From assembly GCF_006345805.1 (NCBI RefSeq), contig NC_042997.1, positions 169,136,001-169,200,000 on the forward strand: 64,000 nt of DNA. Direction: 5' to 3'. Positions 12,921-26,002 of the stretch are shown one piece after another (within the stretch, counting starts at the first letter, position 1; the number at the start of each line of letters is the position of its first letter). The notes under the pieces were generated by a model that ran no database searches, was not told where the DNA came from, and saw only the letters and a list, made by a program, of their open reading frames with translations. The DNA is from Octopus sinensis (taxonomy: Eukaryota). Both the position numbers and the translations under genes were made by a program.

Positions 12921-15279
12921 ATTAACTTGTATGATATAAGCTCTAATTTCAAACTGAAAAAATAATCAAGGCCCAGTGTAACAGTTAAAGCAGTCACCAA
13001 ACATGCAACATACAGTAATCATTCGCTATATTACGGTTCACCTATCACGCCCTTAGTATTTTATGGCTTTTTCTGGCTAATATATGTAAATTTATATCAT
13101 GGGTTTCTGTGGCCGATAGGTATTTATATTTTTTTTGGATAAATAAATCTCAGATGAAATACCAGTTTATTGTGTTTTGATAATTTGAAGAATTTCATAC
13201 TAAGTTACTTCAGATTTAACAAGAGCAAAAGCATAAACCAAAGGCAAAGTGCAAGATCCATTTACAAGAGTACGAATGGTATATATATATATATATATAT
13301 ATATATAACTGATCACTAGTTGGAACAAAATACACACACCTTTAGAACATAAATAGATTAATTTATTATCCTATGCAAATTTAAAATTGGCTAAATGCTC
13401 TCTTTTTAAACTAAATTTTCTAATAATAGTCTATTTTTATTTCATACTAAAAATTATTCAATATTTGAAATTGTCATATTTATAAATTTACTTTACAAAA
13501 TAATACATGAAAAAAACATTGCATAATCTGTAGTACATTTTACATTGAAAACTATCTTCTTTTATCTTTCCTTTCTTCCAGTCATTTGATGGTAGCCATG
13601 TTACAGCTTTAGTCAAACAAATCAACCCAAGTACTTATATATTTTAAAGCCTGGTACTTATTCCATTCGTCCCTTGACAGGGATGTAAACAAACCGACAC
13701 AGGTTGACAAGTAACGGGGGGTGGGGTGGGGGCAAACACAGATCATATATACACAACAGGCTTCCACACAGTTTCTATCTACCAAATTCACTCACAAGGC
13801 ATTTGTTGGTCCAGAGTAAAAATTATTCCATGAAAAGTTGCTTGGTAAACAAGTTATTTCAATGAAAAGTAATTCTAATAATGAAATGTTATTCAATGAA
13901 AAATCATTCACTATAGAAACAATAATTTATTGAAATGACTTTTGATAAAAGTCATTTCAATAAATTCTTGTTTCTATAGTCAATCAACAGAGATTCAATG
14001 AAAAGATGTTGCATAAAAGGTCACGGAACCAATGGAACAATAATATCTAATATGGAAATATATAGTTCCCCATTAAACAATGAAATCATTGTTTCACTGA
14101 CTTTCGATACAGAGTAATTACATCTTGTACAGTAATTACCTAAAAGATGGATGAGATCCATCTAGCTGACTGGACCTTAATACATTAATACAAAATTTTA
14201 AAGTGAATTTCCTATAATCCAGTGGTTTCTCTAAACCAGCAATCCACAACCTATTTTGTGCTAAGGACCGGTTTTATGCAAGACAATGTTTCTACAGTCC
14301 AGGGGATCCCTCGCATAAAACACAATAAAGTGCAAAATATATAATTTGATTGTTACATATATAATATATACATGATGCAAAAACAACCTGGAGATAGTGA
14401 AAATCAATAAAATAGAAATGAATAAATTATTCAATGAAAATTTAAATCTTCTATTGAAGCTTCTTAGTCCTCTAATAAAATACAAAGCCTTTTAACCTGC
14501 AACAACAGTGTTTAGAGACACTGGTTGCTCCAAGTGAAGATGTTACAAATCCTTTAGTCAGTTGTATTTTATAGGTGGATGAGAATTGTCTTGCTTTAAG
14601 CTTTTTAAACTCCCATACTACATTTTGCCAATTAAACAAGAGATATCCTTATTTCTCTCTCTGATGGTCACATTGTAGATAATTTTTCTGTCAAGTATTT
14701 GAAGAGAGCACATACTTCCATTGAAACAAGAAGATAAAAGGACAAGCTACATCACCTACAATTTCATACTCAATAGAAAAAGAGAAAAAACAGCTGATGC
14801 AAACACTTGTATAAAATAAACCTCAAAGATAAAATTTACTTTTTTTCAAAAACAGAAAGCAAACAAACAATGAATAGCTGTAGCTGCCAGAAAATATCAA
14901 TCAATAAACACTAATACAAACATTGACTTAGTTCAAAAACTCTTAGCAACAAAGCAAATGTTCAGCATCAAATTCCACCAGTTGAACTCAAAATTCAAGA
15001 GATCAAAAACCAGTTTATTGCAATACTTCTTATATTTCAATTATTGTGATACATTTTATAATATTGTGACACATCTTAAAAATTCGGAAAATAAAACTTT
15101 TATCAATTGATTCCATCAGTTGTTATACTAAGTCTATAACAGTTTCTAAATAATTTAACTATAGACAAGGAAAAGGAGTTAACATATAGACCCATTCACA
15201 ATATTAGGTATGTAGAAGGGAAGTGGCTGAGTAAAAAGTTATTTTGATAACTTTTTATTAATTTCTGAATACAAATCTA

Positions 15280-16539
15280 TTGAGTCATCCCATAAATAAT
15301 GCGGTTTTTTTATACTTCTTTTATTTTTCAAAATTAAGATAGTTCTTTTTTGATTTAAAATATACTCTCCTTCATTTTCTACAATGCTTTTCCATCTACC
15401 CAGTAGACTTGCAAGGCCCCTCTTCCAAAATTCACTTGTCCGTGACAAAAAATACTCCTCGAGTACTGTTCTGACCTCATCTACAGAATTCACATTTTTT
15501 CCATCCAAATGATTTTGAAGACTACGGAATAAGTGATAATCAGATGGGGCAATGTCTGGCAAATATGATGGGGGGGGGGGGCAGTGTTTCCCATTCAAAC
15601 TGCTCCAGTGCCTTTAGAATGTCATCCTTGCTGTATGTGGTCAAGCATTATCTTGAAACCAAAGATGGTTGTTTTTGTACTAGTGCTGACTTAAGCCACT
15701 CAAGCTGCTCGCAGAAAATTTCTTTTGTTATCGTTTGGTTTGGGTTTAAAAGTTCAGAGTGGACCAAACCTTCCATATCCCACCAAACAGATAACAACAC
15801 CTTATGTGGGTGAATACTTTTTTTAGCCTGGGATGCCAGTGTTTCTCCTTTCCCTACCCAGTCTTCAGTGCTTTTATAGAAAACCCATTTCTCATCACCA
15901 CTTACTATTCAGTTCAAAAAAAGTTCATTAGTGAGATGTGACGGCAAAGAAGAGCACACATTCACTCACTGCATGCGATTAGACTTGGAAACTTTGTGAG
16001 GAACCCATTGACCCAATTTGCTGACTTTTCCGATGGCACACAGGTGTCAATGAATGGTTGAATGACCGAATCCATTCAAGCTTCTCTGCTAGTTCCTCAA
16101 CAGTTACAATGGGATTTTGTTCCTCCAGGGTTTACAGGATGTCTTTGTTGAGCTCTACAGACCTTCCAGGACAAGGCTGGTCTTCTAGGCTGTAGTTTCC
16201 AGCTCAGAATTTCTGGAACCACCATTGACACTGGCTTACACTTATTGTCCAATCCTCATATACTGCATTAATATTCCTCGCACTTTTCATTGCATTGTTG
16301 CCTTTATTGACCCCATAAAGCAAAATATGCTGAATATGCTCCTTTGTCACTTACATTATAGCTTTAAAAAAATAACTGTTAAAATTGAACTGCACTCTTC
16401 AAAACTTGCACTAAGAATAAGTACAAGGTAAAATTACTACCTGCTTTTATAGTAAGTTGATACAGGTAGTTTATTCCATTCCCCTCTGACTTTTAGTTCA
16501 TGCAATTGAAAAAAACGCACTATTTATGCAATGACCCAA
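15280..16539 (-). mobile_element. Full-length but decayed mariner transposon
   Basis: TA|TTGAGTCATCCCATAAATAATGCG...CGCACTATTTATGCAATGACCCAA|TA, 1260 bp. The ORF remnant PSYLPDIAPSDYHLFRSLQNHL...RWKSIVENEGEY matches the mariner YSPDLAPSDY motif. The rest of the transposase is broken. Confidence 0.9.
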
Positions 16540-17457
16540 TAATTCAGGCATTAAATTATTCTTGAGCAGAATACTTTATTTTACATCACTTCAGTTCACT
16601 TAGCAGTAGGAAAGAGATCACCTGAGAATGTTACCTGCAACAGACTGACATTCTGTCCTGGGGAAGTTTTATTAAAGCCAAGCACCAGCTCTTTAAAATC
16701 ACTTCAGAGCTCAAGAAGCATTTACGTTTTATATTTACAATAGTAAACATAGTTATAACAAAGAAGTATAACACAGAGGGAAAAAAGCTAGACAGATTTT
16801 GACAATAATTATGACGTACTTAAAGTGAGTGCTTTCACACGCACTAATTAAATTTCATGTCATCTGAATATCACTCGTGTCACATGAAATGATGTTGAAA
16901 TGATAATGTTCCATATAAAGATATCCGAGAAATAATTTAAGTTTGGTTGAGTTATGCTCACTCCTATAAGATAGTGAAATATATTTTAAAATCCTATGGA
17001 GAAAAAAGCATAAAAAAAGAATGTGTTAAATAACCAATCTTAAAGGACACTTAACAAAAGACCAAGAAAAAAATTAAGAACAATTAAGCTGAATAAAACT
17101 GTTAGAACAAAAAAAAAATGCCAATAAATAACAGATTCCAGCAAAGTGATTACCAATGTGTATCTTTTATGATTTGAAACCAGTCGATAAAAAATCCAAG
17201 GTTAACATAACAAATTAGAAGAAAGTTTATCTAGCCAGCTATTAAATAGCTCTGGCTGACATTTGCAAAGCCTACCACGTTAATCTGGTAAAATCAACTG
17301 GAAGATAACATAAACAAATCTATAAAACATTCCTAGCTCTTTATAACATGTAACTAACAACAACATTGGAATATAACCCCTGCCTAGCCTGTGGCAAGTT
17401 ATTCTTTAGATAAAATATTGAGGAATTGCATAGAAGTACTACTTTTGAACAAAGGTC

Positions 17458-18620
17458 GGATCTTTTCAATTTGATGGCCAGATTTTTTAATTATTTTTTA
17501 AAAACTAAACACTTAGAAACTTTGGATACTGGTAGAATGTATCCCATAAAACGGGGTTTACTCTTTACATTTTTGACAAAATTTTGTATTTTAGAAGTTA
17601 TTTCGTGTTAAAGTTGTCGTATTTGGGTAATTTTAACCAATCAATGACATGTATTCAGCTGAAGAGAATTACAGCTGCTGTTTACAAAAAACAACTTCTG
17701 GGTCCCCTCCCCTAACAAAACTTTTCTTTAATAACCCGAAATGTTTTTTATAGCAACATAGGTTTGCTGTATCAGGGTTGATTTGAGGTTAAATAACAAC
17801 AAAATAATTACTGAGACAGACCAACGATGGAGCCTGTATGTGGTTGCATGACCTGCTAGAAAAAGTAGCCAAACTTTTTTTATATACAGAATAGAAAAAC
17901 CTCTCTCCTGTGATATACATGGAGAGACCATTATGTCTGGGACTAAATAACAAATGATGAAGGGAATGAGACGAAGCAACGAGAGAGCCTTTACCTGGTC
18001 ACTCAAGTTGCTAGAAAGAGCAACCAAATCTTGACAAAAATAAAAATGAAATTTCAATCTTCAAGAAAAAAAAAAATAATTCAAGTTTATATTATTTTAT
18101 AATGGTCGCTTAGGAATTCACTACTTCTAGAAAAGAATAAGACAAAATGGTCATGGCTGGAACACTTTTTCTCATAGATTTATCCTTGGTTAAAATAATA
18201 TTCTTCACTGAATGATGAAGCAGCTAAAGTTAAAGAAAAGTTGAAAGAATAAAAGGTAGCAAGTATGAAACTTTGGATACTGGTTGAATGTGTCAGAGGT
18301 TTTTCTATTCTGTACATAAAAAAGTTTGGCTACTTTTTCTAGCAGGCCATGCAACCACATTAAAGAAGGGTTTGTTAGGGGAGTGGACCCAGAAGTTGTT
18401 CTTTGCAAATAGCAGCAGTAAGTTTCTTCAGCTGAATACACATCACTGATTGGTTAAAATTACCCAAATACGACAATTTTAACATGAAATAACTTCTAAA
18501 GTACAAAATGTTGTCAAAACATTAAGAGTAAGTGACACATTCTACCAATATCTGAAGTTTCAAAGTGTTTAGTTAAAAAAAAACTAATTAAAAAATCTGG
18601 CCATCAAACTGAAAAGATCC
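17458..18620. repeat. Long imperfect inverted repeat (foldback)
   Basis: Arms 17458-17731 plus 17838-17905 are the reverse complement of 18295-18620. Confidence 0.85.
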
Positions 18621-19992
18621 CAAAGATCATTGAAAAACTAAGTAAATAAACATCCTTACTAAGTTTCAGTCTCAACTAGAATAAAAAAATAATCTCAAAA
18701 AGAAAAAAAAATATCTATTTATGAAAATTAATATCTTCCTTTGTTGTGTCATTTCACAAAGGGGCTCTGTTACTTGATGCTTGACCTGAACACTACAAAA
18801 TCTTTTGTCTTACTCCCTTTAGAGAGCAGAATAGAGTTTCTGTCCTTGTAATTCTTGCTTAGTTATGATGTTGGGCGTGTTTAAAATTTTTTTTAAACAA
18901 TACAAATTAAATTACAGAAAGAAATTTGTCCTGTACCTATTTTCAATCTCCCTATGTGGGACACTGTCTCAGGTTACATTATCCAATCTGGCTTGGTTGC
19001 CATTTCTAACAGGTTGAGCAAACATATAAAGGCTGCTTCCTTGGTCCATACCTATTTCTTTATTGCCCACAAGGGGCTAAACATAGAGAGGACAAACAAG
19101 TACAGACAAATGGATTAAGTCGATTACATCGACCCCCAGTGCATCACTGGTACTTAATTTATCGACACCGAAAGGATGAAAAGTAAAGTCGACCTCGGCA
19201 GAATTTGAATTCAGAACGCAGCAGCGAACGAAATACCACAAAGCATTTCGCCCGGCATGCTAACAATTCTGCTAGCTCACCATAAACTAAAGAGATTCCA
19301 TCTGCTGTTTGTGGGTCTACTTTCAATGAAGCAAAATATACGCTTCTTATTGAAAACCATAATGACAACATAGCTCAGGTACATTTACCATGCAAGGCAG
19401 GGTATTCTGCTCTGCATATAAATTCTTATTTCAGATTGTATGGTCTCCTAGACCAGTCAGTATGAGAAACAATATATCTGTTGAATGAAAACTGGCAGAA
19501 GAAAAAAAAGATCAAGAAGAATAGGAGAGAGAAGATAAGTCAGTTTAGTTACTGGGAAAAATCAAGACGAATCAAATAATAGGAATTAGTACCAATTATT
19601 TAACGCAAAAGTACTATGCCAGTGGTACATAAAAAGCACTCATGCTGGTGCCACATAAAAGACCTAGCACACTCTGAAAAGTGGTTGGCATTAGGGAAGG
19701 GCATCCAGCCATAGAAATCACACCAAATCAGACTGGAGCTGGATGCAGCTCCCCAGGTTGCCAGCTCTGGTCAAACCATCCAACCTATGCCAGCATGGGC
19801 AATGGACCTTTAATGATGATGATGATGTATGTGTGGGCATGCATGTGAGTGTATATGTACACACACATACACACACACATATATATATATATATAGTTAA
19901 TCTAAACAAGAAAGCACAAAAAACACAACAACGCGAGGACGTGGAACAAATATAGTATTATTGGACACTCAGGAGAGAAGGAGGATATATAT

Positions 19993-20400
19993 ACTCTTTC
20001 TCTTTTTTACTCTTTTACTTGTTTCAGTCATTTGACTGCGGCCATGCTGGAGCACCGCGGGACTTATTCTTTGTAAGCCCAGTACTTATTCTATCGGTCT
20101 CTTTTGCCGAACTGCTAAGTGACGGGGACGTAAACACACCAGCATTGGTTGTCAAGCAATGCTAGGGGGACAAACACAGACACACAAACATATACACACA
20201 CACTTATATATATATATATATATACATATATACGACAGGCTTCTTTCAGTTTCCGTCTACCAAATCCACTCACAAGGCATTGGTCGGCCCGGGGCTATAG
20301 CAGAAGACACTTGCCCAAGATGCCACACAGTGGGACTGAACCCGGAACCATGTGGTTGGTTAGCAAGCTACTTACCACACGGCCACTCCTGCGCTTGCGC

Positions 20401-20401
<1 letters not shown>
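19993..20401 (-). mobile_element. tRNA-derived SINE, family A (near full length, with internal microsatellite)
   Basis: Reverse complement of the family A head, body and tail. Other copies at ~3670-4045, 13600-13800, 20715-20850, 22055-22210, 30360-30725, 38205-38380, 40510-40625, 57750-57915, 60150-60330 and 63500-63745. Confidence 0.85.

Positions 20402-20403
<2 letters not shown>

Positions 20404-20473
<70 letters not shown>
20404..20473. repeat. (TA)n microsatellite
   Basis: Long pure (TA)n. Others at ~7321-7362, 22228-22283, 32500-32540 and 50854-50912; (GA)n at ~24266-24310; (TG)n at ~24610-24660. Confidence 0.95.
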
Positions 20474-20477
<4 letters not shown>

Positions 20478-21605
20478 CGCAGGTGTTATACAAATTCTTT
20501 TACTTCTGACACATGTTTGAAAGATAGCACTGGTATTTTTCTACCTTTAAAACTTTAAAAACATGGTGTTACAACCTTTTTACTTGTGTGATTCTATATA
20601 TTTTTTCCATGTTAATTGTTAACAAGGGGAAAATACACACATCTATTTACATATATATATAGTCCAACTCATACCAACTTGGAAAATGAATGTATGACGA
20701 TGATATACTGGTACAGGCATGGCTGTGTAATTAGGAAGCCTGCCTCTCAACCACATGGTTTCAGGTTCAGACACACTATGCAGCACCCTAGGCAAGGTTG
20801 ACCAAAGCTTTGTGAGTAGATTTGGTAGATAGAAGCTGAAAGAAACCTGACATATGTGAGTGTGCGTGTATTAATATACCCATGTATTGTCAAGTGATGG
20901 TTGTAAGGGAGCCTTACAGTCATACAATGCAGTTCATTTCAAGTCTTCTGTGAAAAATTTGTCTGGCCATGGAGAAATATTGGCTTCAAATTGTGACACA
21001 AGGCCAGCAATTTTGTGGGAGGGAGTTGTGTTCAACTGGTACTTATTTTATTCAACTTGAAAGGATGAAAGGTAGTATTTGAGCCCAGAATGTAAATATG
21101 GACAAAATACCACTTTGCATTTTGTCTGGTGCAGTAACTATTCTGCTGGCTTGCCACCCTGACCATGGCAAAATATTACCTTACTTGGAAACAGATGAGG
21201 ATCGGTGACATCCAATGAAGAAAAAGTTACCTTGGCAAATTCTATCTGACCCATACAAGCATAGAAAAGTGAACATTACAACTAGGATGATGTCTCTCTC
21301 ACACACACACACGTACATAAAAGCAATGGATTGGTATAAACATTTGAGCTTAGAACAAAATTCTTTACAATGTATTTAGTTTCATACTTTTAAGTTTAAT
21401 TCAAATACTGCAGATGTCAACTTTGCCTTTTACTCTGCTGAAATTAAAGAACAAAATACCAGTCAAGTACCAGATTGGTATAACCAACTGCAGATTAGTT
21501 GGCATGTTGTTTAGTAATGGGCAACTGCTGAATATTGTTTACCTACAGATGCCTATGGACACTACATCTAAAAGAATGCATAACAGTTGCCTGAGGGCAT
21601 TATGT

Positions 21606-21641
<36 letters not shown>

Positions 21642-22213
21642 ACAGAGTGTGTGGTTAAGAAATTTCCTTCACAACCACATAGTTCCATGTTCAATCCCAT
21701 TAAGTAGCTTCTACTATTGGAGTTGACAAATACCTCAACAGTTGAATTTGGTAAATAGAAACTGTGCAGAAGTCCATTACACACATGCATATCATAACAT
21801 TTTAATGTCCACTTTTCCATGCTTGCATTAGGCTAGATGGAATTCAAAGAGACAGGTTTTCTGCAGCCAAACACTCCTCCTGTCATTAACACTTACTTAT
21901 AATCAAACCAAGTAATATTTCTCTATGGTTAGACATTTTTCATGGAAGGCTGAAAATGAACAACATTGCTTTTATGATGGTGATGCTCTTTTAACAACTA
22001 TTACATGATACCAAAACAAGGTAACGCATGCACACACACACACACACTAATATACGATGGATTCTTCCGTTCCTAGCCACCAAATTGACTCACAAAGCTT
22101 CAGACAGCCTTGGGCTACTGTAGAAGAAACTTGTCCACAGTACTACACTGATGGAGTGAACCTGAAATCACTTGGTTGGGAAGCAAGCTTGTTAACCATA
22201 CAGCCATACCTAT

Positions 22214-22287
<74 letters not shown>

Positions 22288-22993
22288 GCACACATATATA
22301 CGAACTTATGTTCATATATATGAGTTTACAAACAAGTGAAAAAAAAAAAACTAGATAGGGATAGATGCAAAAACAACTTGTCTTGTAACTATTTGAAGGA
22401 AAATAGGAACAGAAAGTTGTAAAATGATAACTTTTTGCAAGCCAATCTCAATTTTGCCAGCATGAAAAAAAAATTATGTGATACAAGTGTTAAAAATCCC
22501 ATCAGCTGCTAACATACTTGGTAGGTAGCCAGGTTACTAAATGGGGTTTCTGAAGTTTGTCTTACATATGAAGAAATCATTTGATTCACAAGTTTGTACC
22601 CTCCACATTCTCTGTACTATTTACTTATGTTTTTTTTTAACATAGAGGGGCAGTGCCACCACCATTTGTAAGGGCCCTGAGACTGCTAAGGGTGAAAGAA
22701 TGAAAATCACAACTCATAGCTAACCTATGCAACCTGAGTGTTGGATAGAGAACTTAATCTGCAGCTCAGTTTAATACCACTACTTGTCACCTTGAGTGCA
22801 TTAGGCAAAGTCTACTCAGTTGCAAATGATCGGGTCGGGTCTCCTGTTTGAAGATACTTTCCTCCATCCCTGCCACTAATTTTAGAGGCCCTGTAAGCAG
22901 CAGTCCCCAACCATTTTTGCACCACAGGCCAGTTTTCATGCATGACAAAACACATTGAAATGCATAATATATAATTTAATTATTACATATATA

Positions 22994-23385
22994 GGTGCAG
23001 GCATGGTTGTGTTGTAAGAAGCTTGCTTCCCAACCACACGGTTCTAGGTTCAGTCCCAAGGCATGGCACCTTGGGCAAGTGTCTTCTACTATAGCCTTGG
23101 GCCAACCAAAGCCTTGTGAATGGATTTGATAGTTGGAAACTGAAAGAAGCCTGTCGTATATATATGTATATATATTTATGTGTGTATGTGTCTTTGTTTG
23201 TCCCCCACCATCGCTTGACAACCAATGTTGGTGTGTTTATGTCCCCATAACTTAATTCAGCAAAAGATACCGATAGAATAGGCTTACAAAGAATAAGTCC
23301 TGGGGTCAATTACTTAGACTAAAACCCCTTAAGTCAGTGCTCCAGTATGGCCGCAGTCAAATAACTGAAACAGGTAAAAGAGCAA
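22994..23385 (+). mobile_element. tRNA-derived SINE, family A
   Basis: Head, body, internal (TA)/(TG) tract and GTAAAAGAG tail all present. Confidence 0.8.
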
Positions 23386-24264
23386 ACGAGAATGCTAAAA
23401 CACTCTGCAGACTGCCTTAGTCAGTAACAAAAGAAATAAAATTTTTAAATTCATCCTTTCTGTGCATTCCAGTAGTTGGAGAAATCTGTGTAAAGAATCA
23501 CGTGCATTGTTTTTCCACCTGACTAAAAGATAATATATATGTTGGGGGGGGGGGGTTAGTCCTACAAAATTCTTACACAGTCATGCACAGGGTTTGGATC
23601 AAACTAAGGCTATGGTAGAAACTACTACTCAGTAACATCAAACCTGGAACCATGTGAATTATGCAAACTTCTCAATCACATGACCACACCTGTACCCCAT
23701 ACAATTATTACCAATATGTAGCCTTGCATGTAAGTAAATACATTAATATCTGAATGTATCTCAGTATAAGAGGTGAGCATATTCTTTTCTACTCTAGGCA
23801 CAAGGCCCAAAATGTTTGGGGAGGGGGCCAGTCAATTAGATCGATCCCAGTACACAACCGGTACTTAATTTATTGATCTTGAAAAGATGAAAGGCAAAGT
23901 GGACCTCGGCAGAATTTGAACTCAGAATGTAGCAACAAGCGAAATACCATTAAGCATTAAGAGCATATTAGCACCAAATATTTTCTCTCAGTTTGTCTCT
24001 GGTTCATGTGAATAGGGTGGAGAGGGTCTATGAGATGACATGCAAGCCTTAATGGACATAAATTCCGCACAGGCATTGCTGACTATTTTGCAATGGGCTG
24101 CATTAAACTTGATTCAACCAAACCTCTACATTGTTATATAAACCAAATCATTTTCCCTGGTATTCAGAATTCCTATATATTGTTACTTAGATAATTATTC
24201 CCCATTGTTATGTAGTCAGATTTATGACATGACTTAGTGCCACTTAACCTCCAAGCTAATTTTT

Positions 24265-24295
<31 letters not shown>

Positions 24296-24404
24296 AAGAG
24301 AGAGAGAGAGGAGAAAAATCAGCTGAAGATATAGCTCAGTGAGATCTGAGTGTTATATATAACTAAGCATAACAAAACAATTAAAATCAATAACAATTAC
24401 TCAC

Positions 24405-24502
24405 TACTTGGAAGGCCTTAATCTTCAGTCAACTAGAAAATTATCATTCGTTACTGCTTAATATAACTGGATGTATAGTCTACCTTGAAAGGAGCTGTTG
24501 CT
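24405..24502 (-). other. Probable non-coding 5'UTR exon of the Sec24A/B gene
   Basis: Acceptor tttttttttgttgttgttgttgtag|AGC and strong donor AGTA|gtgagt. 98 nt with no long ORF. Would place A at -3 of the start ATG after splicing. Confidence 0.5.
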
Positions 24503-24607
24503 CTACAACAACAACAACAAAAAAAATATGTATTTTAAGAACTACATATTTACTATCAGATTTCTAATGAGAATATTATAATCCTCATGCATCCACTATA
24601 CACACAT

Positions 24608-24652
<45 letters not shown>

Positions 24653-24780
24653 TGTGTGTTTATGTCAAGTTGGGAAAATTTAACATTAAACTGAAGTATT
24701 AGTCCATACTTTTTAGTAGTATACATTTAAGTTTTAAAAGGAAAAGGTTGATAGTGACTTCGAAGTCTTCATCATGTGTA

Positions 24781-24984
24781 GGGGTGGTGCTAAAAAGTCC
24801 CTGACATTAAGGGTTTCGCGAAAGGCCTAGTTGGGGGGCCCCAACCTTCTGAGTCCTTTTACAAGGCTAAGAAAAACTGAATGTCCGCTGTGTGAATCTG
24901 AGAGGGGAATATGTTGAATAAAATCATAATTAACTGATCCTCCTGTGTTTTTTTCTTTTACCCAAAGCTAAGAACTTTTCAGTA

Positions 24985-24992
<8 letters not shown>
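24781..24992. mobile_element. Short non-autonomous mariner-like element
   Basis: Degenerate TIRs GGGGTGGTGCTAAAAAGTCC / GAACTTTTCAGTACCCCCTCG. Confidence 0.55.
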
Positions 24993-25015
<23 letters not shown>

Positions 25016-25566
25016 AGACTTCTGCATTGTACAGTAAGCGACAGAAACACCCATCGTCTTTTTTATTCTTTTTTGCTTTTTTAAACTGTGACGTGTACTT
25101 CCTTTGGAACCGTTTTTACAGCAACAGACAAGCTGCATTAAAAGTCTGTATATAATCACAAAATACAAACGGTAAACATTTGTCTGTATCAGTCAGTTAA
25201 GTATCGACCCAACCAGCTGTGACGTCTCATTGATACATACATGCCTATCCTTAATATATAAGGGAATCCCGAGAGCAGCGACATGCCAAGCGAGGTGTCA
25301 CCCAAATAACCTGTCAGTACAATGGTCATGAGAATGTTAAGACGAAGCTGGAACACTGATACGCCTACGCGCAACATTCGGATCATTAAATAAACTCATA
25401 AGTATCGTAAATCTATCGAGGACAGCCACTTTATATAATCGTAGGTATTATACACACACCACACACACACATATATATAGAGAGAGAGACAGCAGTTTAC
25501 ATAATACACGTTTTCATTAACTTATGCTAAAACATGCAAATATAACAAAATGCATTTTGCATTTAC

Positions 25567-25665
25567 CTCCGCGGCAATCTTTCGTCTCTAGTAGACCTTT
25601 CCGTCGATTTCCGTAAAAAAATTTATTTTTTTTACATATGGGCTTGCGGGAACTTTTGAAGTAAT
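25567..25665 (-). other. Putative first (non-coding) exon of the Sec24A/B gene
   Basis: Donor CCGCGGAG|gtaaat (25561-25566) inside a CpG-rich stretch. The 5' end is not defined. Confidence 0.42.
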
Positions 25666-26002
25666 GAGAGCGAAAGAGACTAAGAGAAAGCGATTGTATG
25701 ACGAGGGAAGTTCTTTTGAAGTTACCGTCCAGGGGAAGCATTGATGTACATGTGTGTGTGTGTGTGTGTGTGTGTTTGATGGGATGTGGGAGACAGAAAG
25801 TATGTTATGTAAGTGAAGTGCTTCTGTTAGTGTGTGTGAAGAGACAGAGTAATGTGTGAAAGAAAGAGATAACTGAAATTTTTTACTCGGTGTATGTGTA
25901 TATGTATGTATATTACTTCAAAAGTTCCCGCAAGCCCATATGTAAAAAAAAAATTTTTTTACGGAAATCGACGGAAAGGTCTACTAGAGACGAAAGATCG
26001 CC
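25573..26002. repeat. Inverted duplication: 93/91-bp arms around a 246-bp spacer
   Basis: 25573-25665 versus the reverse complement of 25912-26002: one substitution plus a 2-nt difference in the A/T run. Confidence 0.92.

Noticed and set aside
20149-20520. Many 60-125-aa ORFs rich in YI/HT/CV repeats across the window
   Set aside because: They are translations of (TA)n/(CA)n microsatellites and SINE bodies.
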